64,000 bases of DNA from Vicugna vicugna. Its lineage: Eukaryota. This document shows positions 49,145-60,894 of the stretch, piece by piece (the stretch's first letter is position 1; each line of letters opens with the position of its first letter). The stretch spans positions 1,791,879 through 1,855,878 of the forward strand of contig MU057801.1 in NCBI GenBank assembly GCA_013265495.1. The letters run 5' to 3'. The translations under genes were made by a program, and so were the position numbers. The notes beneath the pieces were generated by a model. It was not told where the DNA came from, did no database searches, and saw nothing but the letters and a program-made list of their open reading frames with translations.

Positions 49145-50763
49145 TGCGGGGGAGACTTGATCCCTGCCCTCACAGAGCCAACGATGTGGAGTCCTGGTCC
49201 TTTTACTGTGTAACTCTTCTGCTGGACTCGGAGCCAAGACGTGCTCAGGTGACCACAGAGAAGCGCTGTTCCTCCCAAGGCCCCCCAGGAAGTTAGGAGG
49301 CACAAGGCGCTGTCCCAGCACCTGCAAAACGGGGCCTCCCTCCTGGAGACGAGGGACCCCTCGGCCCACAGCTCGGGCCGTTTGTTACGGAGCCGCTCGG
49401 GGAGGGGCACTCACCCCTGGGAGGAGAGGACTGGTGCACTGACCAGTCACGGCCCAGGATGGAGGCCACTGCCTCCCAGACCTCCACGCAGACAGCTCAC
49501 ACCGGGCTCACAGACCGCGGAGCCCCAGCGTCAGTGCCAGGATCCATCTGTGTGTCTCTGGACCACGGCCGAGTCCTGGACCAGTCAGCTGTGGCTCGAG
49601 AACCAGGCCCACAGCAGCGTGTGTAAGGACTTCCCTGGGTGTCTTTGCTCTCGAAGCCCTGGAATGGTAGCCCCTCACAGACCCAGTGAATCTACGCTTT
49701 GACGGAATCACGAAATAGAAGAACTCAATCCAAGAAGGGATTTCAGCTGCATCCATTTTTTAAAATAAATAGTATCTCTTCAAACCCTACTTCTCTTGGT
49801 TGAACCCAGATCTTCACTGAGGGCGAACTGAGCTCCTTCTGTGCAGTAACTCGTTGCCTGGATTGCCTTCTGATGTCCCGTGCACAGTCTTCATGCTTCT
49901 CAACAACCGTGGAGAGCATCTCAGTGGACAAACAGAAACAACCAGAGAGTTAAAATAGGAAACCCTGAAAATCTTCCTATTTCTTTCTCTGTTTTTTTTC
50001 CCCCTTCACTTTAATCTTGGTTTTGCAGAAGAAGCAAAATATTGTCAGAGAAGAGTAGACAAATTTGTCACCTTTTCATGTGATGGTGAAGAATTACCTT
50101 CAATCATCGAACTTTATTTCTTTGTCTTGGGATCAAACTGTAGCTGCGGAGCCAGGCCCCACCTGCCGCCCGACAGGAGAGGCTTAACCTCGCTGGAGCC
50201 GCGCGCATCGTCCTCCTCGCGCCCAGCAGGTGTTGACGTGCTTGGCTTACACACTCATTCATCACTGTGTCCTGAGCAGTCATCCATCACAGCACGACAG
50301 GCCTTTGTCCCCTGGACTTCTAATTTGCCTTGTTCAGATCTCAGAATTAGCCCTGAAAAGTGAAACCCCTCTGTGTTTTCCCGTATGTACTGCACGGAGG
50401 CCACTTTAAACTTTTTGGCATTGGAGGGCACAGAGGGCTCCTCCGGTTAGACACCTCCTGTCCTGAGAGGGGTCTCGTTGTGAGGGTGCAGGTTTCCAGG
50501 CCACTCTATCTATGACTCCCCAGGTGACTCCTGTGGGAAAGCAGAAGCAGATTCACAGGTAAAAGGGGTCACAAGTGTAGAGCTCAGACGTAAAGGAGAA
50601 ATGCCACTAAAAGCAAAGGTGCCCCAGTGGCAACGAGCACCCCCAGCACCCGGAGCTTGGTGTCTAAGGCCGCTCTCCAGTGAAAGGGACACAGGTCCTG
50701 GGAGAAGCGGCTGCTTCTCAGGCGGGGCAGCAAATGCACAGGATGGTGCTGCTCGTAGTGCCT

Positions 50764-51040
50764 GGAAGGGAGGAGGGAAAGACGGAAGGAAGGAAGGACG
50801 GAGGGAAGGAAGGAAGGAAGGACAGAAGGAAGGATGGAAGGAAGGAAGGACAGAGGGAAGGAAGGATGGAGGGAAGGAAGGACAGAAGGAAGGAAGGACA
50901 GAAGGAAGGATGGAAGGAAGGACAGAAGGAAGGCTGGAAGGAAGGAAGGACAGAGGGAAGGAAGGATGGAGGGAAGGGAGGAGGGAAGGAAGGAAGGAAG
51001 GAAAGATGGAGGGAAGGAAGGACAGAAGGAAGGAAGGACG
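50764..51040 (+). repeat. Degenerate (GGAA)n polypurine microsatellite
   Basis: About 280 bp of GGAA/GGAG/GGAC/GGAT/AGAA tetramers. Confidence 0.97.
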
Positions 51041-51196
51041 GACCAGAGAAGGACACAGCGGTGGAGAGCACCAAGGGACTCAGGAGCGGATGGGAAGAGC
51101 CCCCAGTGGCTATGGCTGGGACAACTTGATGAAATAGTGTTAGACTGTCACCCGAAGTATAAAATAAACACCCACAAGTCTATATGAATACAAATG

Positions 51197-53425
51197 TATT
51201 TAACATAGTACTGGAAGTCCTCACCACAGCAGTCAAACCTAAATAAATAAATTAAATAAATAAAAGGCATCCAAATTGAAAGGGAAGAAGTGAAACTGTC
51301 GTTATTTGCAGAGGACTTGATGTTCATACAGAAACCTCTAAATTCTCACCCCAAAATGTTTGGAACTAAGTAATAAATTCAGCAAGCTTGCAGGACACAA
51401 GAGTAACATACAGAAATCTGCTGTGTTTCTGTGCACCAATAATGAACTATTAGAAAGAGAAAGTAAAAAAGCCATCCCATTTAAAATTGCATCAAAAAGT
51501 ACAAAATACCTTAGGAATAAACTTAAGCAAGGAGGTGAAAAACCTATACTCTGAAAACTGTAAAACATTGATGAAAGAAATTGAATGTGATACAAAGAAA
51601 TGAGAAGATACCCTGTGCTCTTGGATTGGAAGAATTAATATAGTTAAAATACCATGCTACCCAAAGCAGTCTACAGATTTAATGCAATTCTTACCAAAAT
51701 GCCTGTGACGTTTTTCACGGAATTAGAAGTAATAATCCTAAAATTTATATGGAACCATAAAATACCCCAAATTGCCAAACAATCTTGAGAAAAAAAGAAC
51801 AAAGCTGGAGGGATCATGTGCCCTGACTTCAGACTACACTACAGAGCTACAATAGTCAAAGCAGCGTGGCGCTGGCCCAGGGACAGACACGGGGCCAGTG
51901 GGACAGGCTAGAAAGTCCAGAATGAACCCACACACTTACGGTCAATTCATCCATGAAAAAGGAGGCAAGAATATACTATGGAGAAAAGACAATCTCTTCA
52001 ATAAGTGGTGCTGGGGAAACTGGACAGATACCTGTAAAAGACTGAAATAAGAATATTTTCTCATACTGTATATAAAAATAAACTCAGAATGGATTAAAGA
52101 TCTAAATGTAAGACCTGAAACCATAAAATTCCTAGAAGAGAACATAGGTAGAACACTCTTTGACATAAATCATAGCAGTAGTTTCTGGATCTGTCTCCTA
52201 AGGCAAAAGAAATGAAAACAAAAATAAACAAATGGGATCTCTTTAAACTTAAAAGCTTTTGCACAGCAAAGGAAACCATCTACAAAACAGACAACCTATG
52301 GAATATGTGAAAACATTTGCAAATGAAATGACTGGCCAGAGGTTAATATTCAAAGCGTGTAAACAGCTCATATGATCAATATCAAAATACAAACAAACAA
52401 ATCAAAAAATGGGTAGAGCAGACATTTCTCCAAAGAAGACATACAGGAGGCCCACAGGCACATGAAAAGTTGCTGACTATCACTGACTACTGGGGAAATG
52501 CAGATCAAAACCACAATGAGGGACCACCTCACACACATCAGAAGGCCCATCATCAAAAAGTCTGCAAATCACAAATGCTGGCGAGGATGCGGAGAAAAGG
52601 AACCCCTTGTATTGTTGGTGAGAATGTAAATTGGTGCAGCCACTACGGAGAACATTATGGAAGTTCCTCAAGGAACTAAAAATAGAGTCATCATGTGATC
52701 CAGCAATCCCACTCCTGGGCTTACATTGCAGAAAAAACACAAACACTATTTTGAAAAGACACCTGCACCCCAAGGTTCATGGCTGCATTAGTTGCAGTAG
52801 CCGAGACATGGAAGCAACCTCAGTGTCACAGAAGGATGTATAAAGAAGATGTGAGATAGATATAGATATACACACATATATATACACACACATACACACA
52901 TAAATGTATACACACATATATGTATATAATGGAATATTATTCAGTCATAAAAAGAATGAAATTCTGCCCTCTACAGCAGCATGGATGGACCTAGAGATTA
53001 TCATGCTTCGTGAAGTAAGTCAGACAAAGACAAACACTGTATGATATCACTTATATGTGAAGTCTAAAAAATAAAACAAACATGTATATAGCAAAACAGA
53101 AACAGACTCACAGATACAGGAAAAAAAAAAAACTAGTGGTTACCAGTGGGGAGAGAAAGGAGCCGGGGCAAGTTGGGAGTATGGGATTAAGAGACACAAA
53201 CTACTGTGCATAAAATAGATAAGAAACAAGGACACAGTGTACAGCCCAGGGAGTTATAGCCACTGCCTTGTAATAACTTTTAATGGAGGCAAATCTGTAA
53301 AAACCCTGAATCACTCTGCTGAACACCTGGCACACATGTAATATTGTAAACCAACTGTATGTCGAGATGGATAGATAGATAGATGGAAAGACAGACAGAC
53401 AGATAGATAGACAGATAGATAAAAT
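51197..53425 (+). mobile_element. 5'-truncated LINE-1 (3' ORF2 plus 3'UTR) with (TAGA/CAGA)n tail
   Basis: AACATAGTACTGGAAGTCCT, TGGATTGGAAGAATTAATAT, CCCTGACTTCAGACTA, GCACAGCAAAGGAAAC, CAGCAATCCCACTCCTGGG; broken frames; probable TSD A(C/T)AAAT(G/A)TATTTAA at 51190-51203 and 53430-53443. Confidence 0.95.
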
Positions 53426-54235
53426 TTTAATAAATATATTTAAGTATGTCAGTAAACGGGGTGGAAATGACAAACTTCCAGCGCGGAAGAACCCCACGTA
53501 GTTCATGCAGACACTCTGCCCTCAAAGGAGGCGGGCGCAGCCCCGGGTCCTTAGTGTGAGCTGCCCACGGTGACTGACTGCCCTTCCAGAAAGCACAGTG
53601 TGGAAGGGGAGACGGAAGTGTCTCTGTTAGGGGAAGCCGACGCCACCACTGCCTCCGGGCACCACGGCCACCCGCGGCAGCGCCGCCCTCTGGACAGCGC
53701 GTGTCCTTGTGTGCAGCGATGGAAGTGGCGCTTTCCCTCTGTGGTCTTCTTCCCCGGAGCTCAGGACCCCCGTCCACCTGTCCGCGAAACACCAGACAGA
53801 CCCCGAGGGAGGGACGTTTTACAAGTTGCCTGGTTGGCGCTCCTGCAGACTGTCCAGGCCACCAGAAACACAGAGAATCTGAGAACCTGCCACAGCCAGG
53901 AGGGGCCGAGGCGGAGAAAGCGTGGCGCGGGGTCGCTCGGGTAGGACGAGGAAGCCAAGCACAGGACGGACCTCTGCTAATAAAACCACTGTGCCAGTTA
54001 CTAACGGTCCCTGGAAAGACAGGAGGAGACATGCCATGTCTTCCTCTTTCCTGTTTACAAGCTCCTCACGACGCTCCCCCCGTTCAGCGGGGAGACCTAG
54101 GCCGGCCGAGCTCCCAGCTGGAGCGCTAGACACCACCCGTCGCTTCTCCTGGTCTGTGCTCAGCTCTGCTCGGACAGGCAAGAAACACTCACCTGCTTCC
54201 TCCAGGAAAAGCGAATTCTCACCAGCAAGACTGCT

Positions 54236-54380
54236 GGGGGAGGATGCAGCTCACCTGCAGAGCGCGTGCTTAGCATGCAGGAGGTCCTGGGCTCAACCCC
54301 CAGTGCCCCCATCAAAAAAAAATAAGAAATACACCTAGTTACCCCCAAAAAAGCCCAGAAAAAATAAAAATTTTTAAAAA
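54236..54380 (+). mobile_element. vic-1-like SINE with TSD
   Basis: GCTTAGCATGCAGGAGGTCCTGGGCTCAACCCCCAGT, ACCTAGTTACC, A tail; TSD AAGACTGC at 54227-54234 and 54380-54387. Confidence 0.9.
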
Positions 54381-56587
54381 AGACTGCAAATCAGCTGAAA
54401 CAGTTTACTTATCAAAACCGGCAGCTCACTCATCAAGACTTGCTTCAAGAGCTTCCGTCTCGTGGGGCTCACCGACCCAAGGCTGCCGGGTCATAAACTC
54501 CACCCAGCCCTTAGAGCCGCCGGGGTGGACCCTGACTTCCGCGCTCGGAGGCGCTGCTAAGGCGAGCAGGGCGGGGCCCTCTGGTCCTGCAGTCCCTCTA
54601 ACACACTGGGTTTTGCTTCCTCAAACGGCTGTTCGGGGCTCTTCTAGGAAGCGGAGCGTCACGAGGCCGAGGCGGGGACGAGGGGATTCAGTCTCCTCTG
54701 TCAGAGGGTCTTAGCGTTTTCCCCTTCGACACAGTTGCTTCTCAGGTAGGTACTCAGCTGAGTCAGAGTCCGCCTCCCACCAGGGCATTTCTGGTTCTCC
54801 CTCTCCTGCCCAAACGGCGGCTGCGGATGGCGTGGGCTTCGGATGCAGGGCAGGCAAGATGCTCTTCAGAAAAGGGAGCAGCTTTTGGTCCTCTGCATCC
54901 TTGCAGGCCCCAGGCGGTGTTGCTGACCAAGCCTGCAACTCAGCAACCCTGGTCTAACCTCCGCTTGTGCAGGCTGAGCGGCGAACCCTCTCCAACCCCA
55001 TGGGTTTCTCTGAGTTCCGGCCTTCACGGGGAATTTGGTCTGCAGCCGAGGTACTGAGCTCGGCTGGCGGGGATTTTGTCCCCTCTCCTTTCCCAGTGTC
55101 ACCTGCGTCCCGGTCCGAAGGCTCCAGCCGTCGGCGCCTGCTTCTTCTCTTCCTCATTCAGACATGTTACCCATGACGAACCCCTCACTCCTTTAACTTC
55201 TCGAGCTCTGCTCGCCGGAGGTCACAGCAGCTCAGTCCCCAGTCAGCGGGGCCGTGACGGAGAGTGGCCGAGGCTGAACACAACTCGGGAGAGAGCAGGT
55301 GAAGCGTCCACAGGGCTTGCTTTCACGTTGTATTCACACCCAAGCATATGCGATCTGCTCTCGTAAGAAATAACAAAAAAAGCCATGCTTGAAGTTTCCT
55401 TTTGCCCTCCAGGTGGAATTCCTGCCTTTCTCCATCCTGCTCTGCTTGGGAGCCTGGTCCTTGTCCACGGCATCTTCCAGCTGGGCTCAGCCGATGGGAA
55501 TCACCAGCAGGAGATGGGAGGCCGGAGACGGTGAGACTGGGGGGTAACCTCCCCAGCCAGGTCCCCCTGTGTCACCGTGGGTTGTTGGCGCCCCTCTGCT
55601 GAGGCCTCAGCTCCCATCAGTAGGTTCAGGTACCGGCTTGCTCTGCTGGCCCCACTGGGCGCAGGGGCTAGAAGAGCCCCCCGTGGCTGGCCCTGGTCCC
55701 AGCGCCCTTTCTGCATGCTGCGCGCAGCTGGGAGTGCTCGCCAGGTCCCCCGCTGCCCAGAGCAGAGGCCGCGTGCGGTTTCACGGAGTTACCCAGGTTC
55801 ACTTGGCACAAGGTCGTTAATTTTATCAAGAAACTTTTAAACCTTTAGTTTCAAGATCCTACTATCTTTCCAAACACAGAGAAGGAAAAACATGAATAAA
55901 AGCACTTCTGTTGTATAAATGTGTTGAGGAAACTACTAAAATGAAGTCCATTTCAACTTTATTATGGACCCATTTCCGTCATTACCGTAATGATTAACAC
56001 AGAAGCTGTCAGAGCTGGAGTGCAGGAGAGCGCGGCTCGCTCCGTGACACGCGAGGTCCCGTCCAGATGGGAAGTCTCTCAGGACTGACGAGCGGGGCCC
56101 TTCGGGTCACGGAATCATTTTCTGCCCTTGACAAGTGTCTCCACCCCAAAGGGGACCCTGGTTTCTCCCCGACATTGAAGGGTGACTTGAGCAAAGTCAC
56201 TTAAGACAGTTTCTAAAACTCTATTTCTTTGTTTTTTCGTGTTTCTTTATTTTTCGACTTCTCCATTGCAAAGTTAAGAAAACTTTGAACTCCCTCCTCA
56301 GACACAGCATGAACATGCCCGTCCTCACAAAATATGGTCACCGCCTCAGAGGACTGTGGGAAAGCTTGTCCCCGCAGTTCCTGGCCCTCAAGTCAGGACC
56401 TTCTGAGCTGGGCAGAGACATGTAAGAACACAGCAAGGCCTTTAGAGACCTGGGTCCGGGGGGCCACAGGCTTGTGGAGACACCCCACACGCAAGCACAC
56501 CCACCGCTCAGCGTCAGAAGGGGGGCCGCCAGCCTGGAGGCTGGTCACGGCAACGGGAGGTGAGTGACACGCAGATGGAAGTACACC

Positions 56588-56760
56588 TGTGTGTGCGTGT
56601 GTGTGTGTATGTGTGTGTTTGTGTATGTATGTGTACATTGTACACTTGTGTGCGTGCATATGTATGTGTGTCTTTCTGTGATGTGTGTGTGCATGTGTGT
56701 ACACTTGTGAGTATGTGTATATGTGTGTGTGCGTGTGCACAGGCGCACACGCACACACAC
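56588..56760. repeat. Compound (TG)n-rich tract ending in (CA)n
   Basis: Directly visible. Confidence 0.92.
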
Positions 56761-57399
56761 AAATGTCATTTTAAGTAAATGTTTCCAAGAAATATGTTCT
56801 TGTCTCAGATTTGCTGTTTGCAATTAGTAAAATCCAGTCCCAGATCGTCTAGGGGATGCTCTGCCGGCTCTCGTGTTTCCCCAGCTCCCAGCCCGGACTT
56901 CGGGCCTCAGGACACTTGATGCCCCCGCAGGAGGTGTCTGCACCCTGAAGTCAAACGTGTGAGTCAAGCTCGGCTCCTCACCCGCTCGACGTCCACACTT
57001 CTCAGCCCGCCTTGCTGGCCTCGCTTCTGCGTCAGGGTTGGAAACAGGAGCCACGTTTCCTCGTCCACACATTCTGACCACTGAGTCTCGGAGCATCTCA
57101 GGTGCCCCCCACCTCCCCTTCGGGGTCGAGTTCAGCCCTCCCCCCGCTGCAGGCCACCCCACCTGCTCACCCCCCATGACCCCCTCAGCTACTGCCAGAG
57201 TCTTTCTGCACCCCAGGCCCCCACCTGTTCCAGGAGGACCGTCGAAGCTCCTCCCTGTCACGCCAGGTCCCGACCACATCAGCCCCACTGTCCTTGCCTC
57301 CTGGACAGACAGCCGGGGCACTGGCCCTCGGCCGCCCTCAGCCCCACGGGACTCCCGTGACTTACTGCGCCTTCACTTCCGTCTCCGTGGGCCGCGCGT

Positions 57400-57675
57400 C
57401 CCACCCCTTAAGTCTCAGCTTAAACACGTGTCCTCAGGGGCCCCCTGGACCAGGCCAGGCCAGCTAGTCACTCTCCCCTTCCCGCGGCCGGGGCGCACCT
57501 AGCTTCTGCGACAGCACGTGTCACAGGTGGGGTGGCTGTTTATCTGCACATCCTGCTTCCCCAGAACGGTGTGTGCTCCCTGAGGTGGGGCCACATGTGC
57601 AACCAAGTCAAGTGTTTTCCCGGCGCCCGGCATATGGTAAGCAGCCCAGGTAGATTTATTGATGGAATAAATGAG
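57400..57675 (+). mobile_element. L2 LINE 3' end
   Basis: GTCTCAGCTTAAACACG...GCTCCCTGAGG...GCCCGGCATATGGTAAG...ATTTATTGATGGAATAAATGA. Confidence 0.65.
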
Positions 57676-58777
57676 TGTGTCCACGTGTCCTTAAGAGACG
57701 CACCGGCCCATCTCCGTGGTTACGTGCACTGAGACAGAAGAGCCAGGGCTGTTCCTGGCTTGCTTTTTGCACATTTTTAGCACCTTTTTGAACTGGGTCA
57801 TGAATTTTCTGTCCCAGCCAGGGGCACATCGGGAAGTGACGGAAGCCCTGTTCTAGCCCATCGCTAAGGCTCTCCTCAGACTCACATCTTGAGTAGCTTG
57901 AGGGCTCCTCAGGCCCCATGTGTGTGTCTAGGCATGCTTACACGCCTACACGCAGGTGCGTGAATACACAAACACGGGCACACGTGTGCACCTACGAGCG
58001 TGTGTGGCCACATATGCACACGTGCGTAGTTGCATCCAGGTGGCTGTCTGTGCACGCACACACCTGTGTGTGGGAGGTACTGAGGTGTCCACACACTTGG
58101 AGTGACTGGTTCTCTCGTGGTGCCAAGCAAACCACTTCACATCTATTACTAAGTGAAGTTCCGCAGCCGCCTTTGGGAGGGGCATTATTTCCTAAGTGGG
58201 TGTGCGTCATAGGTAAACTGAGGCTTAGAGCGATTGAATAGCTTCCCTGCAGGCAAATAGCCAGGGCAGGGGAGCGCCGGGCCCCTGGAATTTAGGGGAG
58301 AAGCGCATCCCTCCCCGTCTGCGGGGCCCCTGCTCCTGCCACACCCGGCCCCCCTGCCCCGCACCCAGTCCCTCCACAGCGTCTCTGTCCTGCTCGCCGC
58401 CTCACTTGTGCACATTAACTTCCAAGGGGCTTTATGGCTCAGAAGGCAGATTTACTTTTTGGTGAGAAATAACGACAGAAAATGATGACAAGCCAGTGAA
58501 ACAGCATCTGGCCTTTGGGGCAGCGGCACTCGGAGGGGAGATGTAAGCCGGCAAGGCTGTGAGGAGCGGTGGCCGGCGGTCGCCAGGTGACGTGCCTGGT
58601 TGGGGCCCGAACACTTACAGGTGGAGAGGCCGCCATCAGACACACCTAAGGTTCACCTGCACGTGAACTCCAGAATTAGCTGAAAAAGTCAAAGTATACT
58701 TGTCTTTTTAGGTTTCATACATATATATTTTTAAAAATATTTTCTTCAAAAAGTCAAAACACTTAAATCTATGTATG

Positions 58778-58824
58778 TGCGCACGCACACACGCACACGC
58801 ACACGCGCGCACACACACACACAC
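58778..58824. repeat. (CA/CG)n microsatellite
   Basis: Directly visible. Confidence 0.9.
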
Positions 58825-60573
58825 GGGTACGTCCCCTCACAAGTGCTCACAAACTCATCCCCAAACTGTGCTGCAGGAAACACTGGCCTCTTTTCTTTTT
58901 CATAACTTTCTAAACAGAGGCCTGATCGCATGTAACGGGCAGTCAGGCGAACAGCGCGGCGACGCAGCGTCTGCACACGCGGCAACACGAGCGCCACGGT
59001 CGGTCTGGTGACACCCACCTTTCCTCTAACAGGTGTGGGAACCACCTCTGCTCCTCTGATGGAGCGAACGCTCGTAGCTTCTCTGAAGATCACAACCTGC
59101 TCTCACCTAAAGCAAATCAGAAGCACATCCAGCCTGTTCCACCGACTCCTCTGGAGACACGGGCGGAAGACTGGCCTCTGCTGACGTGACAGCCGTGTCC
59201 CTGAATCCAACGAGGCCACAACCCTCCCGCAGGGGTGAGAAGGAAGAGGCCAGAATGCCCCGCTGCACTCCCCAATGAACAACCGACGTGAGGCGGAGCG
59301 GAACGAAGCGGGGCTCAGCCCTGGAGGTGCACCCAAGGCCGACCCCGAGATTTGGGACCATCACGCGGCTGGAGAAATTCAGGAAATGTTGGCTGAAAAG
59401 GTGCATCCGTGTGTTGATCAGTGACCGAGGCTGGGATGGTCACACAGCCCCCCATCTCCTCCAGCTCCCTCCAGCACGGCGCCCGCCGCCCGGCCTGAGG
59501 GTCCACGGTAGTGGTAAGAGTAGCTGGGGACTGGTGAGCCAATCGGGTGAAAAACGGGCAGCCGGCCCGAGACAGGAGCCCAGCGACACTCCCCCAAAGC
59601 GGAGGGGCCGACCGACGCGTTCGCCGTCTCCCCACAGCTTTGCTTTTGTCCTCGGCCCAGTCTGTCATGAGGATGCAGAGAAAACGCTGTGTCACTGCCG
59701 CCGCCGGAGCCCCCCGGGTCCTCGGGGGGGAGTGGGCGCCACGGCCGCGCTCCGGGCCCTGCCCTTCCCCTGTCCGCCTAGACGGGACGGCCTAGACGGC
59801 GAAGGAGCACCCAAGCCCCTCTCTGCCTGAAAGTCCTACCCTGCGGGCTGCGCTCCCCGGACGCCCAGGGGAGAACACAGGTGCTTCTTCCCCTCTGAGC
59901 CCAGGAGACGCGTCCCCAAAAGGCAAGAATTAAGAGCCTGTTGGGCGTGGTAAACACGGTAGCAAAGGTGCAGTGGGTCGCCCCTAAGCAGCCCCTGGAG
60001 GGGCCAGCCTGGATGGCCGGTTTGAAGACCACTCAGCTGGGCGGCCCTCGCGGGGTCTTTCCTGGAGCGACAATCACATGGCAGCTGGGGCTGGAGCCAG
60101 CTCCGGGGAGACCCCAGCAGCTGCGGTCCTAGGCCTCTCCTCTCTCTCTGTCGTGTCCCCTCAGGGCTTGTCCCCAGCGACTCCGGGCCTCCAGGCTGCG
60201 TGAACCGGGGAAGAGCTTCACGCGGGACTGGCCCCGCTCTTCCGGCGTGGGTGGCGTGCGGGGCAGCCCTCCCACCCCGTCCCGTTCGCTGGAGCCCTCT
60301 ACAACCAGCGCCACGCAGGCGGAGGGGAGGGCCTCGCCTCCCCACTGTGGGAGGGTTTCAGAGCACGTGAGGACAAGTTTAGGCCATCCCACCCGTCGAG
60401 ACGGGGCCTCCGACCGGGCCTTTGACGCACCCCTTCCTTCTCCTTTCTGCCTCCTGCCTTTCTCCTGTCCGCGGGTCCCCGAGCGCAGAGCCAGGAAAGG
60501 GCTAGGACCTCGCGGAGCCTCCAGAATGCCGGCTGCCCCGGCGCATGTGCACAGAGAAGAGCTGAGCCGGGCG

Positions 60574-60894
60574 CAGACGCACCTTGGACAGACCGTGGGT
60601 TTGTTCCAGACCCACAATAAAGCAGATACTGCAACAAAGCTGGTCACACTGTGCACTCGTGCACAGACCCACTGTGTGTGATCATGCTGCTTCTACAATG
60701 CTGTGGTCTATCACATCTGCGCTAGAGTGATGTCTAAAAAAGGCCGTGTGGGCCATCATTTAAAAATACTTCATTGCTAAAAAGTACTAACATTTGACAA
60801 TGCAGGTGACCAAAAACCTTCAGTTTGTTAAAAAAAAAAAAGTGGCGTCTACCAGGTGCAGTAAAGCAAAGGGCAAGAAAAAAAGGTGTGTCTG
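60574..60894 (-). mobile_element. Short Tigger1 deletion derivative
   Basis: TIRs CAGACGCACCTT / AAGGTGTGTCTG; internal TTCCAGAC..CAATAAAGC, ATGTCTAAAAAA, AAAATACTTCATTGCTAAAAA, AACCTTCAGTTTGT. Confidence 0.8.

Larger units (their letters stand above)
50605..54010 (+). mobile_element. Old L1MC3/4-type 3' region, split by a GGAA array and a younger L1
   Basis: Collinear pieces: CCCCAGTGGCAACGAGCAC (~50620), AAGAGCCCCCAGTGGC...ATAAAATAAA (~51095-51170), CTTAGTGTGAGCTGC, CCTCTGTGGTCTTC, GAGGGACGTTTTACAA, TCTGAGAACCTGCCACAGCC (~53550-53900). Confidence 0.75.

Noticed and set aside
50601..51187. Repetitive E/G/R/K-rich ORFs
   Set aside because: Translations of the GGAA microsatellite.
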